Shown in pieces: positions 20,672-29,327 of a DNA stretch of 41,329 bases (its first letter is position 1; each line of letters opens with the position of its first letter). A program made the translations under genes and the position numbers. Source of the stretch: Candidatus Proteinoplasmatales archaeon SG8-5 (GTDB lineage Archaea; Thermoplasmatota; Thermoplasmata; SG8-5); contig LSSH01000084.1 of assembly GCA_001595885.1 (NCBI GenBank), positions 1-41,329 of the forward strand, in the 5' to 3' direction. The notes under the pieces are model-generated. The model made no database searches. It saw nothing but the letters and a program-made list of their open reading frames with translations, and was not told the origin of the DNA.

Positions 20672-21781
20672 GTGAGTTCTCTGACCATTATCGCCAGGTT
20701 GTCAACGAAGATGAACAAGCGGATATTCGCTACAATCCTAGGTATCGCATTCTGTGTAACCTATTTGGCAGGGACCAGCGCGATGGTAGATGGTCTCAAG
20801 GAGACCACAGGAACGATCGCCTCGACCTTCGATCAGGGTCCGGTCCTCGTGTATACGGACGAGGACTTTGCCCGAAGCGACATCAACGCTCAGGACCTGC
20901 CTAGCAATGAAACTGTGTTTGTGGCATTCAGTTTCCTGAACGTGACGCTCAGGGACAACAGCGGTAACCGGGTCGATAACGTTTATGCCGTATCAATGTT
21001 GGATACCGAGGACATCCTCGGATTGAACATGACCAATGAATCAACATCGTCACAGGTTTTGATCGGAACTCAGTTGGAGGGGATGCTGATATCGAATACA
21101 GTTAATACGGGTCAAGGCGTCCAGTATTCACTGATATATGAGAATCAAACAGCCAATGTCAATGTTGACGGCGGCTACGCCCCTGGTTCGATATTCCCGG
21201 ATGATTGGCTGCTTGTCCCGAGAAGCGTCACCAACTCTCTGAGACCGGGCATGAACGAGAGCTACTCCTTCCTGATGATCGTGGAATTGGGTGAGGCGGA
21301 CGTGGATTGGAGCATTGATGGGGCTCAGTTGAAACCCACCTCAGGCGTTGTCGGCTTCTTCGAGAGGGGCATCTATCAGGTGGAGGATGACCTGTGGACC
21401 ATAATTCTGATTACCGGTACAATCACAGCCCTTTTGGTATACTGCATCATCTCGATCGAGACCGAGTACAATGCACCTACAATCAAGATCCTCAGGGGTG
21501 TGGGAGCCACACGCGGTTTTGTCATCAGGGTCTTCCTGGTCAAGGCGCTCTTCATCACCTTCGTCGGGGGCGTGCTGGGAACCGCCCTCGGCTTCTGTGT
21601 CGCCAGCGCCATTTCGTCACTTTCCAGCATATTCGGCGTGTTCACATTCGTCACGCCGGTTGCAACCCTGGATTCACTGGGACTGCCCATCGCCATATCC
21701 CTGATATCAGGACTGATCGGTGGAGTCTGGCCGGCCGTCAGGGCCTCCAGGATATTCACGCTCAGGAGGAACGGACGATGA
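20672..21781 (+). CDS. FtsX-like ABC permease
   Basis: One TM, large extracellular domain, C-terminal TMs with ILRGVGAT and GGxLG...PAVRAS. Confidence 0.8.
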   Translation: MSSLTIIARLSTKMNKRIFATILGIAFCVTYLAGTSAMVDGLKETTGTIASTFDQGPVLVYTDEDFARSDINAQDLPSNETVFVAFSFLNVTLRDNSGNRVDNVYAVSMLDTEDILGLNMTNESTSSQVLIGTQLEGMLISNTVNTGQGVQYSLIYENQTANVNVDGGYAPGSIFPDDWLLVPRSVTNSLRPGMNESYSFLMIVELGEADVDWSIDGAQLKPTSGVVGFFERGIYQVEDDLWTIILITGTITALLVYCIISIETEYNAPTIKILRGVGATRGFVIRVFLVKALFITFVGGVLGTALGFCVASAISSLSSIFGVFTFVTPVATLDSLGLPIAISLISGLIGGVWPAVRASRIFTLRRNGR

Positions 21782-23013
21782 TGCTGGTGAGGAAGAAGAC
21801 CATTGCGGGCCTAGTCCTTTGCACCCTGGTACTCAGTGCTTCCGTTCCGCTCCTCCTGGGGATCGAATCGACCCCGAAGTCGGTCTTCGGCGGTGACATG
21901 GTGGCCGTTTCCCAGGTCAACTCCAGCGTCAGTCTGAACGTTACCTTGGCCGAGAAGATGAAGGAGCAGGCAAACGTGGTTGCCGCCAGCCCGGAGATAA
22001 CGTGCTTCTGCGTCATCGAGGACGAGCCGGTCATCGTTAGAGGGGTCCAGCTGGAGGATTTCCTCGAAATAGAGAACAGCACCCTTATCAGGGGTGAGGT
22101 TACCAATCCAGACAGGTTCGCGGTCATGGGCCGCAAGCTTACCAGGCGCGTCGGTCTGGATGTCGGCGACCGGTTCCTCATGACCGGGTCGTCATCTTCC
22201 GCGCTTTTCCAGCTCGAGGTAGATGCCGTATACAAGGGTAATTATTCTGAGGACGAGCTCCTGGTCCCGCTGCCTTATGCCAGAAGGATGGCCGGTCTCT
22301 CTTCGGAAGCCGTACTTTTCATCAGGGTCAAGACCACCAATCAAAGCGCTCTGGTCGATGAATTGGTGACCCAAGAGGCGCCGGTCATGGTTACCGACAA
22401 TACCGGGATTTCTACACCCGTGAACGTAAACATCAGCGAGGAGGACCGGGTCAAGCAGCAGCTGGCCATCAAATACCTTGACACGGCGAAGTTCAAGGCA
22501 TCGAACGGCAGTTATGTGAGCATGTTCGTCCAGGAGGGGGCGAACAGCATCAGGATCGTCGTAACCACATTCATTGTCCTGGACGGCGCTCTGGCCTTCA
22601 TCGGCTCGGCAGCCATCATCTCAAGGGCCGTGATCGAGAGGAGCACCGAGATGGGCATCCTATCGGCCATCGGGGCTAACAGAAGAAAGATAAAATCAAT
22701 GGTTGTGCGCGACGTGTTCCTTATCTCTGTCACCGCCTCCTTAATTGGGACGCTGGTCGGGTATGCTATCGTCACATGGGTCGAGAATAACGGATTACTG
22801 CTGATGTTCGGAGAGTCCATTCACGCGGTCATCGACGCGAACCTGCTCGTGATGATATTCCTAATCTCCGTGATAATCCACGTCTGTTCCGCCCTGCTCG
22901 TCGGGACAGTGCTAACCAAGGCCAGGCCGCGACACCTCATGCAAGAGGCTGAGGTGCAGGAGAAGGAGGATGCCGCTCCTGCCTTCGAATCCCTGCTGGG
23001 GGTGGATGGCTGA
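21778..23013 (+). CDS. FtsX/MacB-like ABC permease
   Basis: ERSTEMGILSAIGA motif. True start ATG 21778 after GGAGG, overlapping the upstream TGA. Confidence 0.82.
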   Translation: MMLVRKKTIAGLVLCTLVLSASVPLLLGIESTPKSVFGGDMVAVSQVNSSVSLNVTLAEKMKEQANVVAASPEITCFCVIEDEPVIVRGVQLEDFLEIENSTLIRGEVTNPDRFAVMGRKLTRRVGLDVGDRFLMTGSSSSALFQLEVDAVYKGNYSEDELLVPLPYARRMAGLSSEAVLFIRVKTTNQSALVDELVTQEAPVMVTDNTGISTPVNVNISEEDRVKQQLAIKYLDTAKFKASNGSYVSMFVQEGANSIRIVVTTFIVLDGALAFIGSAAIISRAVIERSTEMGILSAIGANRRKIKSMVVRDVFLISVTASLIGTLVGYAIVTWVENNGLLLMFGESIHAVIDANLLVMIFLISVIIHVCSALLVGTVLTKARPRHLMQEAEVQEKEDAAPAFESLLGVDG

Positions 23014-24701
23014 ACAGGAGGCACACCATTCTCCTCGGCATATTGCTATTGGTAATAGCGTTCAGCGTCAGGCTTGCTCCCCTTCACGAATCTCCGATGC
23101 CCTACAACATAGACGGCTTCCCGCTCGCACGTATCTCCGAGTCAATCATCGATACCGAACATATTCCATCCCCCTCGGGGTACGAGGGATTGATAGGTTA
23201 CAATTTGAAGCTGCCGATATTCTCACTTGTCCTGACCTGCTTCTCGTTGGTTCTCGGTGTTGAACCATTGACGCTGTTACCCTACTTCTGCGCTTTGATC
23301 GGTTCAATGGCTGTCCTGTTCATTTACGTGCTCACCCTTCACCTCACTCAGAACCGGTTGGCCGGCTTCGTAGCTGGCCTGTTCGCTGCCCTGACTGGTC
23401 TGTTCGTCTACGTGACAACCGCGGCCATGAAGCAGCTGTTGGCCATCGTTCTTCTGGTATTCGCTGTGTACCTCTTCACCAGGAGGGAAGATTGGCGCTG
23501 TCGTCTGTTGATGGTCGTTACATTGATCATGTTACCGTTCACCCATCACCTGACGACGTTGATAGCGCTGCTGATATTGTCGACTGCCATAGGCACGACG
23601 GCCATCAAGGGCAACCTTTTCAAGTTGAGGGCCCTGAGGAGCCTCGCCCTGGATGTCGTTACTGGTCCTCTCATACTGATATTATCCCTTGCCTACTACC
23701 GCAGCGTGAACCTGGAGTTTGTCAACGAAGTGGGCAACATCAACGACGTTGTCCTGCTTGGCTCGGTGTTCATACTGTTGTTCGCGGCGGCGAAGCTTAT
23801 TTCCGAAACAGCACAGAGCAAGCCGTGGTTCTTCCTGACGCGGAAGGATGGCCAGGAATTGGGAGTGGCACATATTTTCGATGAGAAGGTCCTCATCTTC
23901 GTTGTCGGGATTGGCACCCTCTACCTCAACTCCAGGATCAAGGTGTTCACGGGCAGCGTAATGACAACCGACACGCTGTTCAATCTCATGTTCCCGTATC
24001 TGATACTCACAGTCATCGGCCTCATAGGTTTCAACGTTCTACGGTATTCCCGTTTTCCCAGGAGGGACATCATCATCGGCATGTTCATGGCCCCGTTCTG
24101 CGTGATGGTCTTTGCCGTCCTCAGGGGTCTGGACATCTTTAACTTCACCCTCGTATACAGGAGCTACAACTTCATCGACGTACCAATGGCCATCGTTGTG
24201 GGCGTCGGAGCGGCCTACCTGTTCACCAGGATGAGGAAGTTCACAATCAGGCAAAGGGAGTTCAGAGTGCTTCCCTACGGTGTCCTCGCCGTGGTTGGCC
24301 TCCTTTGTGTCGCATCCGTCCCCCTCGCGTACAACAGCGAGGAGGCGTTCGGCATCCAGGAGATCACGTATCCGTACGAGTTCGAGGGCCTGGAATGGGT
24401 GGCGGAGGCTAATGTCACAGCGGTGGTAACAGATCAGAGGTACGGTGACATCATCGAGCCGTACTTCGGAGTGGATGCTGACAGAACGGGACCCTGGAGA
24501 ATGAAGAGTCAATATATCGATACCGGCGATGTCATTTTGATTTCCAATTACTGGACCGACGGCGGGGCACAGATGTCGATACTGGGCCGCGAATATTTCA
24601 CAGACCACTGGCTGGAAGACTTCTACGATAATCTGGATTTCAATATCGTATATGTGGGCGGTCCCGAAGGCAGGGAAGTGGTGGTTGCGATTGCAGGATG
24701 A
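23010..24701 (+). CDS. Polytopic membrane protein, possibly GT-C-like (probable CTG start)
   Basis: Many TM segments, PxxxD after TM1, THH motif, soluble C-terminal domain. CTG 23010 overlaps the upstream TGA. Confidence 0.65.
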   Translation: MNRRHTILLGILLLVIAFSVRLAPLHESPMPYNIDGFPLARISESIIDTEHIPSPSGYEGLIGYNLKLPIFSLVLTCFSLVLGVEPLTLLPYFCALIGSMAVLFIYVLTLHLTQNRLAGFVAGLFAALTGLFVYVTTAAMKQLLAIVLLVFAVYLFTRREDWRCRLLMVVTLIMLPFTHHLTTLIALLILSTAIGTTAIKGNLFKLRALRSLALDVVTGPLILILSLAYYRSVNLEFVNEVGNINDVVLLGSVFILLFAAAKLISETAQSKPWFFLTRKDGQELGVAHIFDEKVLIFVVGIGTLYLNSRIKVFTGSVMTTDTLFNLMFPYLILTVIGLIGFNVLRYSRFPRRDIIIGMFMAPFCVMVFAVLRGLDIFNFTLVYRSYNFIDVPMAIVVGVGAAYLFTRMRKFTIRQREFRVLPYGVLAVVGLLCVASVPLAYNSEEAFGIQEITYPYEFEGLEWVAEANVTAVVTDQRYGDIIEPYFGVDADRTGPWRMKSQYIDTGDVILISNYWTDGGAQMSILGREYFTDHWLEDFYDNLDFNIVYVGGPEGREVVVAIAG

Positions 24702-25710
24702 GGTGGTCCTGGACGGTTCGGTCGGTGAAGGCGGCGGCCAGGTCTTGAGGTCAGGATTGGCCTTCGCCGCCATTACTGGTAAGAAACTGGCGATCGAGAA
24801 CATCAGGGCGAACCGGCCTAAACCCGGACTGGCAAACCAGCACCTGTCAGGTCTGAGGGCCATTGCCAAGATATCGAACGCTGACGTCACGGGCGGAGAC
24901 CTTGGATCCACCAGGTTATCCTTCCATCCGGATCAGATCAAACACGGGGACCACGAGTTCGCAGTGGGGACCGCAGGAGCGGTCACACTTGTGCTGCAAA
25001 CTATTTTACCCGCGCTGGCCTCTGTCACGGGTGAGTCAAGGATCAGTATTTCCGGGGGAACCGACGTGAAATGGGCGCCGCCTGTGGACTACTACAGACT
25101 TGTGCTGTTCCCTATGCTTAGTAAGATGGGAGTGGATTGTGCCATCGATGTGAAACTGAGGGGATATTATCCCAAGGGCGGCGGTTTGATCGAGGCCGTC
25201 ATCAGGTCCCAGGGGACGATAGGACCCTTACCGGAGAGTTATGAGGACATAGAGGGGATTTCAGGTATTATCAACATCACGGGCCTGCCCATTCATATCG
25301 CAGAAAGGATCGAGCGGGAAGTGATGAACGGCATTCAGACGAAAGTGCCATGTGATGCCGACATTCGGATCGAACAAGGGGCCAAAGGGCCCAGCCAGGG
25401 TGTCGGTGTCGTCCTCGCAGCCGGGGGCGGGGATAGGGTCATCGGATCAAACTCCCTCGGGGAGCGGGGCAAAACCGCCGAGAAGGTGGGCAAGGAAGCC
25501 GTGCAAGGACTGATGGCAGATATCAACGCCCGGGCGGACTTAGATGTGCATGCGGCCGACCAGATATTGCCCTTCATGGCGCTGGCCCCGAAAGGCGGTC
25601 GCTTCACGACCCGTTCGTTGAGCAATCATGCGATGACGAATATCGACGTCATAGAGAGGTTCCTGGGTAAAACCTTCGAGGTGGATGGAACTAGGGTCGA
25701 AAGGCTTTAA
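24691..25710 (+). CDS. rtcA: RNA 3'-terminal phosphate cyclase
   Basis: DGSVGEGGGQVLR, IRANRPKPGLANQH, GGTDVKWAPP, RGYYPKGGG, DVHAADQ. Start probably TTG 24691. Confidence 0.95.
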   Translation: MQDEVVLDGSVGEGGGQVLRSGLAFAAITGKKLAIENIRANRPKPGLANQHLSGLRAIAKISNADVTGGDLGSTRLSFHPDQIKHGDHEFAVGTAGAVTLVLQTILPALASVTGESRISISGGTDVKWAPPVDYYRLVLFPMLSKMGVDCAIDVKLRGYYPKGGGLIEAVIRSQGTIGPLPESYEDIEGISGIINITGLPIHIAERIEREVMNGIQTKVPCDADIRIEQGAKGPSQGVGVVLAAGGGDRVIGSNSLGERGKTAEKVGKEAVQGLMADINARADLDVHAADQILPFMALAPKGGRFTTRSLSNHAMTNIDVIERFLGKTFEVDGTRVERL

Positions 25711-26489
25711 CCGTACATGGCCGGAGAGTGCTGGGTCGGCGGCTTGACGTCCTTCGCCTGCTTGTGAATGAGCTTCAGTTGTGACTCGATGCGGCCCGCC
25801 TCGTCGTACAGGGGTTTGACGTCCAGGTCTATGTGGAGGAGGAATTTGTCTATCATCTCGATGACCCGAGCGGCAGCGCGTGCGTCCGGGAAATCCGGAT
25901 GGGCCTCGGCCAGTATCGTGGCGACATTGAAGTCGCGCCTCCTGCCCTCGTTGAGTAGCACCCCCGCAACTCCCGTTATCACGCCCTCCGTGAACTCCTG
26001 GAGTCCGTTGGCGTTGAGCATGTTCCTCATCTCGTCTGTGCTTCCCACTCCGTAAACGCCCACGTCGACCTCCGCCGATTCCGAATCTTCCTCACGGTCA
26101 ATGACCAGGCCCTCGGGTGACAGGAGCATCTTGCACCGCTGCTCCTCGGTCCAATCCAGTATCGTGCTGGCTATGGGCTTCACAAGGTTTGGCGGCGGCT
26201 GGAACTCCGATATGAAGACGACCAGCTGGTCAACAGATTGCTGGCCGTCACCGAACTTCTCCCCCGCGTATATGCGCACGGGATTCTGCGGTCGGCCATC
26301 CCTGACCAACGATACCGTGGGAAAGTAGACCGAATCCATAATTCCGATCTGGGTCAGACTGAGGGTGTTTATGAGATAATTGGCTACTATTGAACTCACA
26401 AGGCCCACGCTGGGAAAACCGTCTATCACGGTCGCCCCGCGAATGTCCATTCTCTTGAGCTCGTAAATCTCTATGTCTTCTGCCATCAC
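25707..26489 (-). CDS. PAC2 family proteasome assembly chaperone / activator (PbaA/PbaB-like)
   Basis: GFPSVGLVSSI, PVRIY, ITGVAGVLL, PDARAAA; C-terminal MYG (HbYX). Confidence 0.88.
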   Translation of the reverse strand: MMAEDIEIYELKRMDIRGATVIDGFPSVGLVSSIVANYLINTLSLTQIGIMDSVYFPTVSLVRDGRPQNPVRIYAGEKFGDGQQSVDQLVVFISEFQPPPNLVKPIASTILDWTEEQRCKMLLSPEGLVIDREEDSESAEVDVGVYGVGSTDEMRNMLNANGLQEFTEGVITGVAGVLLNEGRRRDFNVATILAEAHPDFPDARAAARVIEMIDKFLLHIDLDVKPLYDEAGRIESQLKLIHKQAKDVKPPTQHSPAMYG

Positions 26490-26594
26490 GTAAGCCTCAA
26501 ACCCGCATTTCCTTGCACATACTTAAATCACACCCCGTTCAAGTTATGGTTTGGATACATTGATTCAGTACGTCTGGATTCTAAATACAAAAGT

Positions 26595-26692
26595 CATGCC
26601 CCCCTGTAAGGTGGGGTGTCTCCCCGATTGCCCAACGGGTGACAATCCCAACTCCATGACCGTCGAAAACCCCGCCTTTTAGGGCGGGGATG
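26595..26692 (-). repeat. ~100-bp double-hairpin element resembling IS200/IS605 ends (MITE/PATE/REP-like), copy 1
   Basis: Minus strand CATCCCCGCCCTAAAAGGCGGGGTTTT-N20-TTGTCAC-N20-CACCCCACCTTACAGGGGGGCATG, colinear with 38138-38239. Confidence 0.65.
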
Positions 26693-26754
26693 CTCTCCAC
26701 CCTACAATAAATCTATAAATGTAAAAGGCAATTCACCGCCAGAGGAATCAGTAA

Positions 26755-28017
26755 ATGGCGAGCCTCAGCGAGCAGATCAACAGCATAATGGAGAGAGAGA
26801 TGGGCGACATCGGCCCTTTTATCGTCAAGAAACAATCAATGCTCATCGGTGCCGACCCCGGAAGCATCGGTCCGAACGACCTTCCCGAGCTTGCCAGCAA
26901 GCTGTCCGAGGTCATGAAGACCTTCGGCGGATTCGAGAAGGCAAGGAAGATCTACAACGAGATCAAGGAGCTTGAGAACCTCGACCAGATAGTCGAGGGC
27001 GAGAAGAGCGAGGCAAGGCGCAACAAGATGCTAGAGGACCTAGGAAGGACATGCATATTCGCCGGCGAGTGGGAGAAGGCCTTCGAATACTTCAATCAAC
27101 TGCTGGCCGAAGCGGAGAGGAACAGCGACAGGCATCTCATGTCCAGGTACCTGAGGAGATTGGGCTTCATTCACCAGGAGAGGGCCGAGTTCGACCAGGC
27201 GCTGGTCTACTATGAAAGAGCGCTCGAGGAGGCCGAGGAATCCGGGAACAAGAACGCCATCGCGGGCTCGTTGAATTACCTGGGAACAGTATATTGGAAC
27301 AAGGGCAACTACGATGTGGCCAGGGACTTCCACGAGCGGGCCATCAAGAACGCTGAGATAGCCAAGGACATGCCGGCCCTCGGGGGCGCCCACATTGGTC
27401 TCGGGAATATACATTCCGACAGCAATCAGTTGGAGAAAGCCATCAGGCATTATACAAAGGCTCTCGAGCATCTGGAGAAGACCGATCACCTGGACCAGGT
27501 CGCGAGGGCGTACAACAATCTCGGAGACACGTACCTTCAAATGAAGGACTGGGACAAGGCTCTGGAACAGTTCGACAAGTGCCAGGAACTGGGGGAGAGA
27601 GGCGGCTGGCTGAACATGAAGGCCTGGGGCCTGTTCAATTCCTCGGAAGCGCTCATCAACCTGGGGATGTTCGACGAGGCTAGAAGAAATCTCGACCTTA
27701 GCGATGACATCCTACAACGCATCGGTGACAAGGCCGGGATCGCGGGCATGCATCAGAATTACGGAAGATTGTTCCAGGCAAAACGCGACTGGGACCTGGC
27801 CCTCAGACATTATGACAAGGCAATTGAAATTTTCACCGAGATCAACACCCCGTCCTCGCTTGCCGAATGCAGGAAGGAGCTGGGGTTAGTCTACAAGGAA
27901 AAAGGTGATTTGGAGCAGGCAAAGGCAGAGCTCAGGAGAGCTGCCAACCTGTATCACCATTTAGGACTTGAGAGCCTCGTAAAGATGTGCCTGAAAGAGA
28001 TCGACTCGCTGGGTTAA
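26755..28017 (+). CDS. Tetratricopeptide repeat protein with a small N-terminal helical domain
   Basis: About 8 ~40-aa TPR-like repeats (LG..Y...G.Y..A...Y..AL). Confidence 0.88.
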   Translation: MASLSEQINSIMEREMGDIGPFIVKKQSMLIGADPGSIGPNDLPELASKLSEVMKTFGGFEKARKIYNEIKELENLDQIVEGEKSEARRNKMLEDLGRTCIFAGEWEKAFEYFNQLLAEAERNSDRHLMSRYLRRLGFIHQERAEFDQALVYYERALEEAEESGNKNAIAGSLNYLGTVYWNKGNYDVARDFHERAIKNAEIAKDMPALGGAHIGLGNIHSDSNQLEKAIRHYTKALEHLEKTDHLDQVARAYNNLGDTYLQMKDWDKALEQFDKCQELGERGGWLNMKAWGLFNSSEALINLGMFDEARRNLDLSDDILQRIGDKAGIAGMHQNYGRLFQAKRDWDLALRHYDKAIEIFTEINTPSSLAECRKELGLVYKEKGDLEQAKAELRRAANLYHHLGLESLVKMCLKEIDSLG

Positions 28018-28076
28018 TCCCTCACACCCTTTTCATCTATCAATACAACTGCCTCGGCCTCGGGCCAGTTCGGCGA
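28014..28076 (-). repeat. Displaced duplicate of the radA 3' end (encodes [20 protein letters not shown])
   Basis: 28014-28073 matches 28107-28166 at 54 of 60 nt; differences are mostly synonymous. Confidence 0.9.
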
Positions 28077-28106
28077 ACTTACCCTCGAGGGTTTCCTCCG
28101 CTGGGC

Positions 28107-29054
28107 TTAATCCCTCACACCCTTTTCGTCAATCAATACAACTGCCTCAGCTTCGGGTAAGTTCGGACTATCTATAAGTCTGACTATCCTCTTGCCGGCC
28201 TTGCTCTTTCTGAGATACAACCGGAAGGTGGCCGTGTGGCCCACTATGTGGCCGCCAATGGGCCTTGTCGGGTCTCCGAAGAAGGCGTCGGGTTTTGCGG
28301 AGACCTGATTGGTCACGATGACCACCGCGTTGTTGATGTCGCCGAAACGCAGCAGGTCGTGCATGTGCTTATTCAGCTTTTGCTGGCGGTCGGCCAGCGT
28401 TCCCCTGCCAACGTACTCGGCCCTGAAATGGGATGTCAGCGAGTCCACAATCAGCAGCTTTACGTCGTGATCCTCGGCGATGTCCCTCGCCTTCTCAGCA
28501 AGAAGCATCTGGTGATGAGAATTATAGGCTCTTGCCACGTGAATGCGGGACAGGATATCCTTCACGTTCAGGTCCAGAGCTTCGGCCATCTGGGCTATCC
28601 TCTCCGGTCTGAACGTGTTCTCGGTGTCGATCATGACCACGTCGCCGTCCAATCCCCCGTCCTTCTCCTTCATTTGAACGGACACCGCGCACTGATGGGC
28701 TATCTGGGTCTTGCCGGAGCCGAACTCGCCGAACAGCTCCGTGATCGCCTGGGACTCGAAGCCCCCGCCCATCAAAGAATCAAGAGCCTTTGAGCACGTG
28801 GTGAGCTTGCCGATCTTCTGGCGGCGCTCGAGCACCACGTCCCCGGTCTCGAAGCCGCCGACGTCCGCCTCCTTCTTTGCGGCGGCGATGACCTTGATGG
28901 CCACCGCCTCCCCGATATCGCACAACTCTGCGAGGCTCTTGGGCGATTCGACAGCTATCGACATCATCGTGGTGTAGCCGGCGTCTCTGAGCTTATCTGC
29001 CGTTGCGGGTCCAACTCCAGGCAACTTCTCTATGCCGTTCTCTTCGTCGCTCAT
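28107..29054 (-). CDS. radA: DNA repair and recombination protein RadA
   Basis: N-terminal HhH (LPGVGPATA), Walker [43 protein letters not shown]. No intein. Confidence 0.97.
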   Translation of the reverse strand: MSDEENGIEKLPGVGPATADKLRDAGYTTMMSIAVESPKSLAELCDIGEAVAIKVIAAAKKEADVGGFETGDVVLERRQKIGKLTTCSKALDSLMGGGFESQAITELFGEFGSGKTQIAHQCAVSVQMKEKDGGLDGDVVMIDTENTFRPERIAQMAEALDLNVKDILSRIHVARAYNSHHQMLLAEKARDIAEDHDVKLLIVDSLTSHFRAEYVGRGTLADRQQKLNKHMHDLLRFGDINNAVVIVTNQVSAKPDAFFGDPTRPIGGHIVGHTATFRLYLRKSKAGKRIVRLIDSPNLPEAEAVVLIDEKGVRD

Positions 29055-29067
29055 GGCTTTCACCGAC

Positions 29068-29091
29068 TATAAAACCGTTCTAGGGTTTATA
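29068..29091. promoter_or_regulatory. Inverted repeat over the radA promoter/TATA region
   Basis: TATAAAACC-GTTCTA-GGGTTTATA (8 of 9 arm positions match), 14-37 nt upstream of the radA ATG. Confidence 0.35.
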
Positions 29092-29327
29092 AGGATACCT
29101 GAGGGTACACCGAAAGTATTGGGGTAAACCACCAGGCCATGGATGACACGACATTGTGATTCTTGCCTGTATGTTTACCTGTATGGCCCTGCACCTTATT
29201 TCCCGACATCTGACGGATTTCGTGTTTCTACCCCCACATGTGTACGGTGCGGGGCAGAATACTCAACTTGTGTAATCGATATAATACGTTTCAAAAAAAT
29301 TACCCTTGGGATTCATTACACACTACA

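Noticed and set aside
21394..21777. N-terminal extensions in the ORF track (also 36172-36408, 30437-30487, 24652-24690, 3384-3446)
   Set aside because: They overlap upstream genes or promoter regions; better starts with SD/TATA context lie downstream.
24691..25710. Functional link between rtcA and the intron-containing tRNA
   Set aside because: 15 kb apart with unrelated genes between; rtcA is a common archaeal gene.
28014..28166. DGR template/variable repeat pair
   Set aside because: Mismatches are not adenine-specific, are mostly synonymous, and no reverse transcriptase is present.
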